Below the pieces are notes generated by a model. The model saw only the letters and a program-made list of their open reading frames with translations, was not told where the DNA came from and did not search any database. A program made the position numbers and the translations under genes. From Blepharisma stoltei ATCC 30299 (lineage: Eukaryota; Protista; Ciliophora), in NCBI GenBank assembly GCA_965603825.1, contig CBFDEM010000030.1:186001-250000 (forward strand): a stretch of 64,000 bases of DNA, in the 5' to 3' direction. Positions within the stretch are counted from its first letter, which is position 1, and each line of letters opens with the position of its first letter. Shown here in pieces: positions 37,193 to 48,216 of the stretch.

Positions 37193-38260
37193 ATGGACAG
37201 TTTTTATCTTGCTGATCGTGAGCAGACTACTACCAAAAAGCGTAAAGTGCTTCTTGCCTTAAGTTTAACTACTCTTATTGGTATCATAGGAACTGTTTGT
37301 TTACTCAACACCCCTTCTTCTCAGCTTGCTCTCTACCAATACACATTAGAAGAGCAAGAGTTCCAAAAATACATGGAAGACTACGGGAAATCTTACAGTT
37401 CCCACAACGAGTACCTTATTCGTTTCAAAAACTTCCGTGAAAACACTGCCTTTATCCGAGTCCACAATATGCTCGGGAGAGACTGGACTTTAGGGGTAAA
37501 CCAATTTGCTGACATGTCGTTTGAAGAATTCGGCCAAGTCTATCTATCAAATAGCTATGAAGTCCCCACACTCAAGCCAGAAGAGATAGAGCCATTCGAC
37601 CCTTTATTAGAAATCCCATCCTCTGTTGACTGGAGAGCTAAAGGAGCAGTAACTCCAATAAAAAATCAAGGGTCATGTGGAAGCTGCTGGGCCTTTTCTA
37701 CTGCTTCTGGCGTAGAAAGCATATGGTTCATATCAGGTCATCCATTAATTTCTCTTTCTGAGCAGCAGATGGTCGACTGTGCTGGACCTTGGGGTAACTA
37801 TGGCTGCTATGGGGGAAATATTGTGTATTCTTATCCTTATGTAGTTCAAAAAGGACTTACAACTGGAGCAGCATATCCTTATAAGGCTGCTCAAGGGTCA
37901 TGCAATACATCACTTGAGAGTCAGCCAGCTGCAAGGATAAAGAATGCGTACTTCGTACAAGCGAATGATTACCAAGCTTTATTGAATGCTGTGTCAATTA
38001 GACCAGTCAGTGTTGCTGTGCAAGCGGACCAGGCTGCATGGACATATTATAAAGGAGGGATTGTAACAGGAAGTTGCGGCACCTCTTTGAACCATGCGGT
38101 AAATATTGTGGGGTATAACATTGCTAATAATCCTAATTACTGGATTGTTAGAAACTCATGGGGAACCTGGTGGGGAGAAAGTGGGTATATCAGAATTAAG
38201 GTTTCATCTGGATATGGAATTTGTGGTATTAATATGATGCCACTTTATCCAGTGGCTTAA
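37193..38260 (+). CDS. Papain-family cysteine protease (cathepsin L-like)
   Basis: I29 prodomain (GVNQFAD), QGSCGSCWAF, NHAV and YWIVRNSWG. Confidence 0.95.
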   Translation: MDSFYLADREQTTTKKRKVLLALSLTTLIGIIGTVCLLNTPSSQLALYQYTLEEQEFQKYMEDYGKSYSSHNEYLIRFKNFRENTAFIRVHNMLGRDWTLGVNQFADMSFEEFGQVYLSNSYEVPTLKPEEIEPFDPLLEIPSSVDWRAKGAVTPIKNQGSCGSCWAFSTASGVESIWFISGHPLISLSEQQMVDCAGPWGNYGCYGGNIVYSYPYVVQKGLTTGAAYPYKAAQGSCNTSLESQPAARIKNAYFVQANDYQALLNAVSIRPVSVAVQADQAAWTYYKGGIVTGSCGTSLNHAVNIVGYNIANNPNYWIVRNSWGTWWGESGYIRIKVSSGYGICGINMMPLYPVA

Positions 38261-38545
38261 TTTAATTTAATTTAATAAGAGTCTTATAATTTTGAATTTT
38301 CACATAATTTAATAACTTAAAAAACGAATTTATCACTTAATAAGAAATGACTAAATTATTTTTCAAAAATTATATTTAAAATTATTTTGAGAATAATATA
38401 TAATTTTAAATAATTATTTTAGTAGCTTTATTATATGTTAATTTGGCCTCTCATTTTTAATCAGCATATATTTCTCTTTAACTCACTTTTCATTCCAATA
38501 AAATGAGCATTAAGAAGATTCCATGTTTCGAATTATTTAATAGCT

Positions 38546-39067
38546 ATGTATAAACCAAAGCATACAAGAAGCAGTCTATCTAAAATTAGATCACTCAGTC
38601 GATCAAAACCCAAAATAACTCAAGAAAAAGAATCAATGATATTTGATTCAACTGACTCTAGTTGGAAACCAACGGTGCCTAAACCATTTGAATTCAGATG
38701 TGATAGTCAGCAACGATCAAAATCCACAATTCGGCAAGAGCAAGGATCAAAAGAGTTTGATATTCAATATTCTATAGCTGCTTTAATCCCAGTTGAGAGA
38801 ATTTATATTAGAAAGCTAATAGAAGGAGACTTTAAAGAATCAAAGCGAAAACAAAATCCAAAGGGATTTGTTACACATTCTGAGTTTTCACCTTTGAAAA
38901 CTTCGGGGCATAAAGAAAAGTTTGAATCTTTAACAGCTCGGGATTTTCTTGATGCAATGTTTGATCATAACAAATCATTGAAGAAAACCTCGCCAGTTAG
39001 ATCTTCTAAGAATTTAATTGCCAAAGCAAAACTAAGGCCTTCAGTAAGTACTTTGAAATTATGCTAA
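38546..39067 (+). CDS. Hypothetical basic protein
   Basis: 173-aa ORF with a KPTVPKPFEF motif; the start could lie at 38503 (see rejected list). Confidence 0.6.
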   Translation: MYKPKHTRSSLSKIRSLSRSKPKITQEKESMIFDSTDSSWKPTVPKPFEFRCDSQQRSKSTIRQEQGSKEFDIQYSIAALIPVERIYIRKLIEGDFKESKRKQNPKGFVTHSEFSPLKTSGHKEKFESLTARDFLDAMFDHNKSLKKTSPVRSSKNLIAKAKLRPSVSTLKLC

Positions 39068-39326
39068 TTTTAATTCAAATTTTCTTAAGGAGTAGACATT
39101 TTAAACTGTAAGATGATCTGACTCATTTATGTGACCATAAATGTTGGCAAGAAGGTTTATATTTATCTTAATTAATTTAATGAGAAATTTATTTAACATA
39201 CAAGCATTGTCATTTTAAAATGTTCTGGCTCTTTAAGATATAAAAACGTATTTAAAGCATTCTAGCCAAACTTTAATTTCCTAATCTTTACATAAATGCG
39301 TAGTAAATAAGTACAGGATTATAATA

Positions 39327-41072
39327 TTAATTATTAGTTGTTACTGCTCGTTTCAGCATCAAACATATTTCTTTAAACTTTGGCCTTTTTTCTGGAATAA
39401 TATCCCAGCACATTTCAATGATTTTTATAAATTCACTCGGAAAATTGTCTGAGATTTCAGGTTTTAATCCTTCATGGCCAATTTTTCTTTGCAAATCCTC
39501 AAAACAAAGGCCTTCAAAAGGGATTTTATTTGAAAAAATTTCCCACAAAATTATTCCAAATGAATATATATCATCATAAATTGTAACTTTATTAGTGGTC
39601 TGTGAAGGATCTCTTAATATTTCAGGACTACTCCAAGGCGATTTATTAGAATACCCTTTGACCACCCCTGCGTATTTTTTAAACTTCGCCATTCCCAAAT
39701 CGCTAATTTTAGGATTATTCTGCTGGTCTAACAAAATATTATGTGAGCTAAGGTGCCCATGAACTTTGTTATTTGAATGGATTTCTCTTACTCCTTGAGC
39801 TACAGCACTTATGATATTAAAGCACTCTTGTAGGCTGAATACGATATTTTGTTCATGAAGTGCATGATATAAAGACCCATTAGGATAATATTCCATTACA
39901 ATCCCCAGTGTAGGATTTAGGTTATTTAATCCATAAATTGGTACAAAATATTTAGCATTCATAAGTTTCAAGGCTTCGATTTCAGCATTTACTTCTTCTA
40001 GCACATAAGCACTTATTCTTGGAAACTCGATCTTCCTGTATGCTAGTTCCAGCCGTTTATATACACACTTGTAAAGCTCTCCTAACCCATTTGATCTTGA
40101 TGCAAATTTTTCTTTTATCATTATTTTCATCGTATTAAATGTAGGAGCTGAAATTTCAGTAGATTCCTCAAGTAAATATTCTGTGTTGGAATATTCTCCT
40201 ACGTTTTTCTGGGGCTGGAGCGAAATACCGCTAGAACTTCCATCATTATCTTTTGATAAAATCCCTACAAATCTATATTGTAATACAAGAACATAGCAGA
40301 AAATTTCACTCGTAAGCCAACTGGTAACTGTTAAAACAGTTGCCACGAATCGGTCATCTTTTATATTAGTAAATTCGCTTAATACATCGAAATCTGAATA
40401 TCCGTCCATAAGATCAATTATTCCTTTCATGTACCTTCCAAAGGTCCAGAACAGCACAATCATAGTGGTTTTTATCAGATTAGACTTGGAAGATTCTGAA
40501 TCAAAAGGAGTCCTTGAATAAGTGATAACCAAATACAGCAATAACAATAAAACTGATGAGGCACTTAAAACATTTAAAATTGCTAACTCAATCTGGACGT
40601 ATTTATCATAGAGTATCTCTGAAAACAGCAATGAATACAGCACTCCTTGAAAGACCAGCCACAATACAATACCAGCCCCAATAAGTTTTTGTGCTTGGTG
40701 ATGCTTAGGCAGTGTAAACTCTACTAATAAAACCATTTGCAAGTCGTTTTCTTTATGACTGTAATAAAATATGCTTATCATCTGCAAGACCAGAAGTGTG
40801 AAGGTTACCAAGAATATGCAGTCTGGGATTGAGAAAAGTATAAATAGGATCGTTTGGCTGACTTTTCTCCTTGGAAAAACCCAAGTCAAAATTGCAAAAG
40901 TGCAAAATCTTACAAAGCTTTGGACTAAAATTGCAATATAAAAGAACTTCGTAGGCCGCCAGCCTTGGATAATAGAGTTCATTTTTTCTGCACGTGTTAC
41001 AGACCAGCAAAATATTATAGCGTACAGCAAAGCCATGACAAAAAGAATAATTGAATAGGTCTCATCATCCAT
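39327..41072 (-). CDS. 7TM (TOM1/GPR137-like) receptor fused to a TKL-type (pseudo)kinase
   Basis: About 7 hydrophobic helices in the first ~270 aa, then IVMEYYPNGSL, VHGHLSSHNILL, KISDLG, WSSPE and DIYSFGIILWE. Confidence 0.8.
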   Translation of the reverse strand: MDDETYSIILFVMALLYAIIFCWSVTRAEKMNSIIQGWRPTKFFYIAILVQSFVRFCTFAILTWVFPRRKVSQTILFILFSIPDCIFLVTFTLLVLQMISIFYYSHKENDLQMVLLVEFTLPKHHQAQKLIGAGIVLWLVFQGVLYSLLFSEILYDKYVQIELAILNVLSASSVLLLLLYLVITYSRTPFDSESSKSNLIKTTMIVLFWTFGRYMKGIIDLMDGYSDFDVLSEFTNIKDDRFVATVLTVTSWLTSEIFCYVLVLQYRFVGILSKDNDGSSSGISLQPQKNVGEYSNTEYLLEESTEISAPTFNTMKIMIKEKFASRSNGLGELYKCVYKRLELAYRKIEFPRISAYVLEEVNAEIEALKLMNAKYFVPIYGLNNLNPTLGIVMEYYPNGSLYHALHEQNIVFSLQECFNIISAVAQGVREIHSNNKVHGHLSSHNILLDQQNNPKISDLGMAKFKKYAGVVKGYSNKSPWSSPEILRDPSQTTNKVTIYDDIYSFGIILWEIFSNKIPFEGLCFEDLQRKIGHEGLKPEISDNFPSEFIKIIEMCWDIIPEKRPKFKEICLMLKRAVTTNN

Positions 41073-41194
41073 CTTTTATATAAAAATTCAACTAATTTTA
41101 ATTTAAATATTCCCAATCCTTTCTATATCCTCTATGCTTTCTTATTAATTCGCTTTTGAAAACTCCTTATAAATAGGACCATTTTCACACCAAA

Positions 41195-42805
41195 ATGTAC
41201 CGAATTAGAAATTACTTGAGAAGGCTCTTTGCAAACTGCGAAGGATGCGGAATCACTTTACAACACACAGATCCTAAGCTTCAAGGGTATATTTCTGAGA
41301 CAAAATACAAAAATATTCTTACCCAGAACAAAAAATTAGAAGAAATAATAAAGGAAAAGAAAGAGACTGAAGATTTCAAGCTGAAAGAGTTCAAAAGAAA
41401 CTTCAGGGAGCAGCTGAAACAAATTAATGAGAGCACTCTGAGAGGGACAAGAGAAAAAATTGAAAGGAAAGCACGACAAGAAGAAAAAGAAGAAAAAAAG
41501 TCAAAAAGAGAACAGATCCAAGAGAGCATTGAGGCAAAAAAGCCACAGTTTATGGAGATTACTGATATTAATGCAATCGAAGAAGCACTTGCGACTGCTA
41601 CTCCAATGCACGAATATGCACAAACCCCTAAATTGAAGCCAATTAAATGTGTCAGATGCATCAATCTTTCAGTGCACAACAAAGTTGATGGTACTTTGTG
41701 TGCTGTTACCCATGCGACTTCTTTAGAAGTAATAAATTTGATTTTTTCAGAAATGAGGCACGGCTGCGTTATTATGATGATGACTGATGTCATCGATTTC
41801 AATGGAAGCTTCATTGCCGAAGTCATCGACGAAGCCAAAAAGAAAAAAGCAAAATTAATTCTTATTGGCAATAAGGTCGATATTTTACCTAAGAGCTACA
41901 AGATAGAAAGAATTGAGACATGAATAAAACAACAAATTGGAGATTTAATTGAGGATGCAGACGTCTGTGTTGTTTCGTCAAAGACAGGGGAAGGAATGAA
42001 AGATGTTATTAAGCTTCTGGCTAAGTATAAGAAAACTTTGCCAGATGCCAGTTTTTATGTGGTTGGAGCTACAAACTCAGGGAAATCTTCATTTTTGAAT
42101 TTATTGACCAAAATGACTTGGAATCTGCCAGAAGAAAAGTACAAAAAGCCGCTGCTTGCAGATGCCCTGACAGTTTCTAAGCTTGCAGGAACAACACAAG
42201 CTCCGATTCCAGTAAAATGTAGGTCGCTAGCTTTAACAGTTTTCGATACACAAGGGATTCCTACAGTTTCCCAAATGACTTCCCATTTAACTAATCCTGA
42301 GGCGATTTTTAACTTGATCCCTTCCAAGCGTATCCATCCTCTGGTGTTTGTGTGCCACTCTAAGTTTTCGTTTTGGATCGGAGCATTGGCAAGAATTGAT
42401 ATGGTTGAAGGAGACTTAAAATTCATGACATTTTTTACAAATAATTTATGCACAGTCCACAAAACAAAGTTTGAAAAAGTTGAAGACGTCTACAAACGAC
42501 AAGCTGGTAATTTGCTTTCCCCTGCTTTTGATAACCCAGAAACTATCGAATTTGAGAAAACGCGAGTAGAGATACCAAGCAGTGATAAAGAAAAAGCTAA
42601 TAAAGACATCGTTATACATGGATTAGGATGGGTAGCAGTCAGTGGTCGAGGCAGCAGCACTTTTGATGTATGGGTTCCAAAAGGCGTAGGAGTCACCGTC
42701 AGACCTGCATTAATGCCATTTGAAGCAAAAATTGAAAGAAGAGTCCCTAAAAACAGAACTGCAAATGCTGAAAAAATCATGGGAAGAAGGCCAAAATCAT
42801 CCTAA
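41195..42805 (+). CDS. NOA1/YqeH-like circularly permuted GTPase, 536 aa
   Basis: CEGCG..CVRC zinc finger, then G4 NKVD before G1 GATNSGKSS, GTT and DTQG; TGA 41921=Trp. Confidence 0.88.
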
Positions 42806-42811
42806 AAGAGT

Positions 42812-43624
42812 TTAAAAAATCTTTAATGCTTGATATTTCCTATTAACTTGCCTCCACAAGGACTTGACATGAGCCTGGTGTCTTTCTTTGGCTGCGTTGA
42901 TTTCTGCCATTTCAAAGCTATATTTTTCAGCTAAATAGTCTTCAATTTTTGCATGGGCAAGAATCTTTGCAAGTGGATCTTGTTCATCTATAGTTATAGT
43001 TGAAGCGAAATCAGTCTGAGCTTGTAAGATTTCTTTTAATAATTCAACAGTTAAAGCTTCAGGAACAGTCTCAGATTGAGACAGACTTTTTTGGAAAGCG
43101 GCTTTTTGGGCAACTGCTGCAAGTTCTTGGCCGAATTCTGCTTCTGCTTGTTTATAAAGATCATTGTTGATGTTTTTTCCGATGAGAACTTCTTCTGCGG
43201 ACTTTGCGACTATACTTTGTTCACTTGCTAGATATTCTTCAGCAGATTTTCTGTAATTTGCTTCATCTTCTTTGAATTGGCGTCTTTCATTTATGAATTT
43301 TTGTTGTATTTGGACAAAGTTTTCTTTAGATCTTTTGTATATTTCATCATTAATTTCGAGAAACTTCTCTTTTGTAAGCTTTTCAGGCTCTTTTACTTCT
43401 TCTTTGACTTCTTCTTTAACTTCAGGCTTATCTTGAGATGTGGAAAGCTTGGCTGAAGTTCTTGGCTTGGGCTTTGGCTTTGGCTTTTGAGCTGGCTTGT
43501 TTGGAGATTGCTTGGAATCTGATGGCTTTTGCGACCCTACTGGCTCTGTAAAAAATGTGTATGCCGCAATTGTTACAATAGCACAAGCAGCAACCTTCAC
43601 GAAGTTCTTCCAAGTTAGCTCCAT
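42812..43624 (-). CDS. Hypothetical N-terminally anchored protein, 270 aa
   Basis: Single N-terminal hydrophobic segment, KP/EVKE linker and a helical remainder. Confidence 0.75.
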   Translation of the reverse strand: MELTWKNFVKVAACAIVTIAAYTFFTEPVGSQKPSDSKQSPNKPAQKPKPKPKPRTSAKLSTSQDKPEVKEEVKEEVKEPEKLTKEKFLEINDEIYKRSKENFVQIQQKFINERRQFKEDEANYRKSAEEYLASEQSIVAKSAEEVLIGKNINNDLYKQAEAEFGQELAAVAQKAAFQKSLSQSETVPEALTVELLKEILQAQTDFASTITIDEQDPLAKILAHAKIEDYLAEKYSFEMAEINAAKERHQAHVKSLWRQVNRKYQALKIF

Positions 43625-43628
43625 TTTA

Positions 43629-45086
43629 TTAATTATCTGGGAAGAGTTTATATGGATTCATAATGCCTTCTGGGTCAAATGCATTTTTTATGCGTCTCAT
43701 GAACTGGATTTCTGCTGGGGAGCGTGATATAGACAGTTTATTGCGCTTTTGCAAGCCAATTCCATGCTCCGCACTAATACTCCCATGGCACTCTTTTAGA
43801 TAGGAAAATAAGAAATTTTCTAATTTTCCATGGATATCCTCCACATCATGCCGATCAGGCACGGTGATGCTTAAATGCAAATTCCCATCACCTACATGTC
43901 CCCATCCTACAGTTAAGGCTTTTTCTCCTATTAAGTTTCTTACCTTTTCTACAATATCATAGTAATTTTCGTGCTTTAAACTAATATCATACATAAAGCA
44001 ATACCCTGGCTTAGCAACAGCTTCCATGATGACTTCTCTTAGCTTTCATAAGTCATTAGACTGTCTTTTATCTTGAGGAAGGATTCCGTTTTCCGCCTCA
44101 TTGCCAATTATAGACTCTAATAATAAATCCATTTTCGCTGAGTCATGTTCAGCATTAGACCCTCTTGTCTCAATCAAAACATAAAAAGGATAAGGAGCGT
44201 CAAATGGGTCATGAACTCCTTGAATATGTTGGATTGAAGCTTCTACAGAAAATCTGTCTTGGAATTCAAATGCAGAAATAATTTCACCTAAAATTTCTTT
44301 GCTTTTTTTAAGGATTTTTAAGACATTTTCAAAAGAATTCACACCTAAGTAAACAAGCTGCTCTGATTTAGGCTTTGGAGGGAGATTTATAAGAAGCTTG
44401 GTTATGACTCCTAAGGTTCCTTCAGAGCCTATAAAGATGTGCTTAAGGTCATATCCAGTATTGTCTTTTCTAAAGGAGCTGAGATTGTCTAAGATTTCTC
44501 CTTTTCCTGTCACAATTTCTAAGCCAAGAATGTTAGCATGAAGGGAGCCATATCTTAATAATCTGTTGCCTGCTGCACAGGTAGAAGCATTTCCTCCGAC
44601 AAAGCATGATCCTTTTGCTCCTAAATCGATAGGGAAAATATATCCTTTTTCTTCGCATTGAGAATTGAGCTGCTCTAGAATGACTCCAGCTTCACATAGT
44701 ACAGTTCCTTCTGATTCATTGATTTCAACTAGTTTATTCATATTGGATAAACTCAGAACAATTTCGTCATGGACTGGGACACTTCCACCTACAAGACCTG
44801 TATTTCCTCCTTGAGGGCATATAGCTAGTTTTCGTTTGGCACAATAAGTGATTATATCTTGGACTTGGTTTACTGTATTCGGCTTTAAAACTAGCGAAGA
44901 TTTCCCTATAAATACACCTATAAAATCTGTATTGAAGCCTTCAAGATTGTCTTTGACGATTTGATGAGGGGGTAGTATAGATTCGAAGAAGGACATGTCT
45001 GAATTAAGCAAATTTGAAAATTTTGGGTCTCTTGGGGGCGAATAAATTGAGGTAAAAATCCTTTTTGAAATTTTTCTTAAAATCAT
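43629..45086 (-). CDS. D2HGDH: D-2-hydroxyglutarate dehydrogenase (FAD-linked oxidase), mitochondrial
   Basis: PQGGNTGLVGGSVP, DLGAKGSC, RKDNTGYDLK, GSEGTLG, GHVGDGNLH and SISAEHGIG; TGA 44046=Trp. Confidence 0.92.
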
Positions 45087-45257
45087 TTATCAAAATTATA
45101 ATTTCAATATAAGAAAATCCATATTTATATATTTAAATTAGCAATAAAGTCCTATTTGGTATAAGACTTGGCAATAAAAATTATCAATTTCATGAGATAT
45201 TTAAAATGGACATCAAGATTTATCTAATTATTAAAAACCTTTTCAAATCAATATTAT

Positions 45258-46118
45258 TTAAAGTATAAAATCTTTTACATGAGGTAGCCCTCCAGCTTTT
45301 TTGCAAAGCGTTAGCGGATCTGCAACCAAAAATGGAGAAAGCTTAAGCTTCTCCATAGGAGTGTCCCCAAAGCTAAACTCAAGCTCATCTAAATGCTTCT
45401 TGTTGCTATAATTGGAAGGGTAAATTTTTTCAAGTTGTGCAAACTGATGAGGATTAAATGGAGAAAATGCACACAAATCTGAATAATAGCAAAAAGCGGG
45501 ACTATTTGTTATAAGGCTTGAGCTCAGTGTAAATGGAAGTTTAAAGTCTTTTACACAACATCTCTTAGCAAGCCTAGTTTCAATTAAAACAGTCGGCTCA
45601 TTTCTATTATAAGCAGCTCTTTTTATTATTACTGTACATCTGCTTGTTAGAAGCGTGATTCCATCATTAAGCCGATACTTAATAACAATCGGCTTCCCAC
45701 CCTTTAGCAAAGCTTTGCCATGCTTGCTGTATATGCTATTTAAACTCTGTTTATCCATAAGTCTAAACAGATTTGCTGCTTCTAAATTAACGATTTTAAA
45801 GAGCTTTGCACATTTATCGTCCCATCATATAAAATTGCCTTCTAAGTCCAGTAAGGCTTTGCATTTGCCGGATTCCAGAATATCTGACTTAGATTTGGAG
45901 TCTAAGCTGAGGATTAGATGGTAAATGCTGGATTGGAGTAAGGTTTTTTGAAGCTTTTTGCAGATTGACTTGAGCTGGATTCTTGTTGGAGTTTGGTCTA
46001 AAAGGGTGATAACGTTTTCCTGGTTTCCTAGAAGCTGCTGAAGCTTGAGAAGTGAGGAGCTGACATCGATAGAGGCGTCAATATCTTTGAGTTGTGACTC
46101 AATTGCTGTAATATCCAT
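45258..46118 (-). CDS. Hypothetical protein, possible PAS-like domain
   Basis: ORFs joined by TGA 45825=Trp; ALLDLEGNFIWWDDKCAKLF..NLFRLM resembles the start of a PAS domain. Confidence 0.65.
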
Positions 46119-46471
46119 TTTATAAGTTTAGTGATGTTCAGGTAAAAAGTATCAAGATACGGATTTTCAGTGAATAATCCAAGTGAATTTAAAATGAGTT
46201 ATAGGCCGATCTTGCAGATTTAAAAATTTCATGCATAGAATTGCACAATAATAATTCAGAAACTTTTATAGTAGCATAATTTTATCTGATTTTTATATTA
46301 CAATACCCAGCCTTAACTTCTATCTAGAGTTATTTTTAAAAATAGTATGCATCATAAAGCTAAACTATCTAAACTTTTCGCATATTAGATATTGAATTTT
46401 CCAGCATCTTAGAGTATTATTTAAACAGATTATTTATTATTTCAAAATGTAAGCAATAACTATGCTCAAAA

Positions 46472-46945
46472 TTACGCCTCACAAGTGACAACTTCTTGGG
46501 CTTTGTTTTTCTTTAATTTTTTTTTATTTTTCATCTCTTCACGAATATAAGGGATTACTCCACCTCCAGGAATCACAGCATCTTTGCTTACGACCTGATT
46601 AAGTTCGTCGTCATCTTTTATAGCTAGACAAATATCTCGAGGCTGAATCATTCTTCTTTTTCCTTTATTTCTTTCCAAACACTTATCTCCAGCTGTTTCT
46701 AGGACTTCTGCAGTAAGATACTCAAGCACAGCACTCATAAAGACTGATCCATTCAAAGATACCTTGTCTGCAATCCTGCCCTTTTTTATGTTATTTTGAA
46801 TTCTTGCAACTGGGAAGATCAGCCCTGACCTTGTGCTTTTAGTAATCTTATGGTTTGGCTCCTTCAAGACCACTGGAGTTTGTGTAGCAATTTCAATTTT
46901 TGAAGCAATTGGAGATGCTGGAACAGGCTTAATTTTTTGAACCAT
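46472..46945 (-). CDS. Divergent histone H2A variant
   Basis: STRSGLIFPVARI, AVLEYLTAEVLE, IQPRDI..AIKDDDEL and IPGGGVIPYI. Confidence 0.9.
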   Translation of the reverse strand: MVQKIKPVPASPIASKIEIATQTPVVLKEPNHKITKSTRSGLIFPVARIQNNIKKGRIADKVSLNGSVFMSAVLEYLTAEVLETAGDKCLERNKGKRRMIQPRDICLAIKDDDELNQVVSKDAVIPGGGVIPYIREEMKNKKKLKKNKAQEVVTCEA

Positions 46946-47123
46946 TTTTTATAAATAGTGTGTTGTTAGCTTAAACCAGCTTATATAATAAAATCAAAAT
47001 ATTTTATTGGTATATGAAAATTTTCAAGCTAAAAATTTAAAAATCTTATAAATTTCAATAAAACTGATCTTATATAAAAGAATCTAATTACTGATAATGT
47101 GGTACAATTTTATAATTTATTAA

Positions 47124-48131
47124 ATGGGATGCGATAATAATCCAACAATAGCGTTTTTTCTTGTTGCACTTACAGTAGTGTGGCTGTCTTTCACAATCTG
47201 ATGAATGATTAATACTTGGTCCAAAAATAAACGCTTCACCAAGCCCCTTCAAAGAATTATGATTCTATTGCTTATTTTCAAGACCCTCTGCAGTTTCTTC
47301 TCCTTTCTTTATTATATCTCATGTGAAGGATCATCTGAAAGTGCATATTGGAGCTTAGCAGCTACTTCTGCTTATACATTATACAACACTTTTATATTTG
47401 TGATACTTATATTGATCAGTAAAGGTTTTGGAATAACCAGAGATGTCCTTGACAGGCAAGAAGTTACAGTAGTCGCTATGACTATGGGAGCTGTATATTT
47501 AGGATATAGCGCGTACGTTATTAACCCAAACGAGCTGGTTATTGTTTTGATAGCTATGCTTATTGCATTATTTTACCTCACTGTCAAATATTCATTCATT
47601 AACATCAAAGCTTTACAAGTAAAACTTGGATATTTAATCAGTGAAAATGTCTTTCAAATAATCCCAGTGGTCAGGCAAAAAATTTCGATGCTCAAAGCCT
47701 TTGTAATTTTGGCATATTTTTACTTTGCACAGAACATATTCACAATAGTATTTTTGGTGTTGGGAATTCAGCTGATTTATACTCCTGACCGCTCGTATAG
47801 AAATGGGATTGATATTTTTTCTGAAATCTGTGACACTATAGCTTTGTTTTGGATTATGTATATTTTCAGGTCGAAAGATAGAGGAGTTTATTTCAATATT
47901 TTGGTGATTGGAAATGATGCCCCTGCACAGTCTTTGCCACCGTTTTTGAAAGCTGAAATTCCTAATAGTAACGATGAAGAAGAATTAGGAAACTACTCAA
48001 TAGTGGTATTTTGTCCTCAGGAATTTGATAAAAGTAAAACATATTTAGATCACCCATATAGAAGGCTAATGATAGCTTCTCCAGTGCCAAGAGCCCCAAT
48101 AGAAAGATTTGAAGAAGAAAAAGTTAATTAG
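47124..48131 (+). CDS. Multi-pass membrane protein, GPR107/108 (GOST 7TM)-like
   Basis: ATG 47124 (MGC) is in frame via tandem TGA TGA (47199-47204); about 7 TM; LILISKGFGITR. Confidence 0.62.
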
Positions 48132-48216
48132 ATTGTTTAAATTTATTTAGGATCCTGAAGATGTCTATATCTACTGATCCTAAAAGAATAAGGCACTAAT
48201 ATGTAAACTTTTTAAA

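Noticed and set aside
38503-38545. Upstream ATG 38503 plus a 19-nt intron (38525-38543) extending the 38546 ORF in frame
   Set aside because: The frame fits, but the length and GTTT donor do not match the 15-16 nt GTA introns; it needs RNA evidence.
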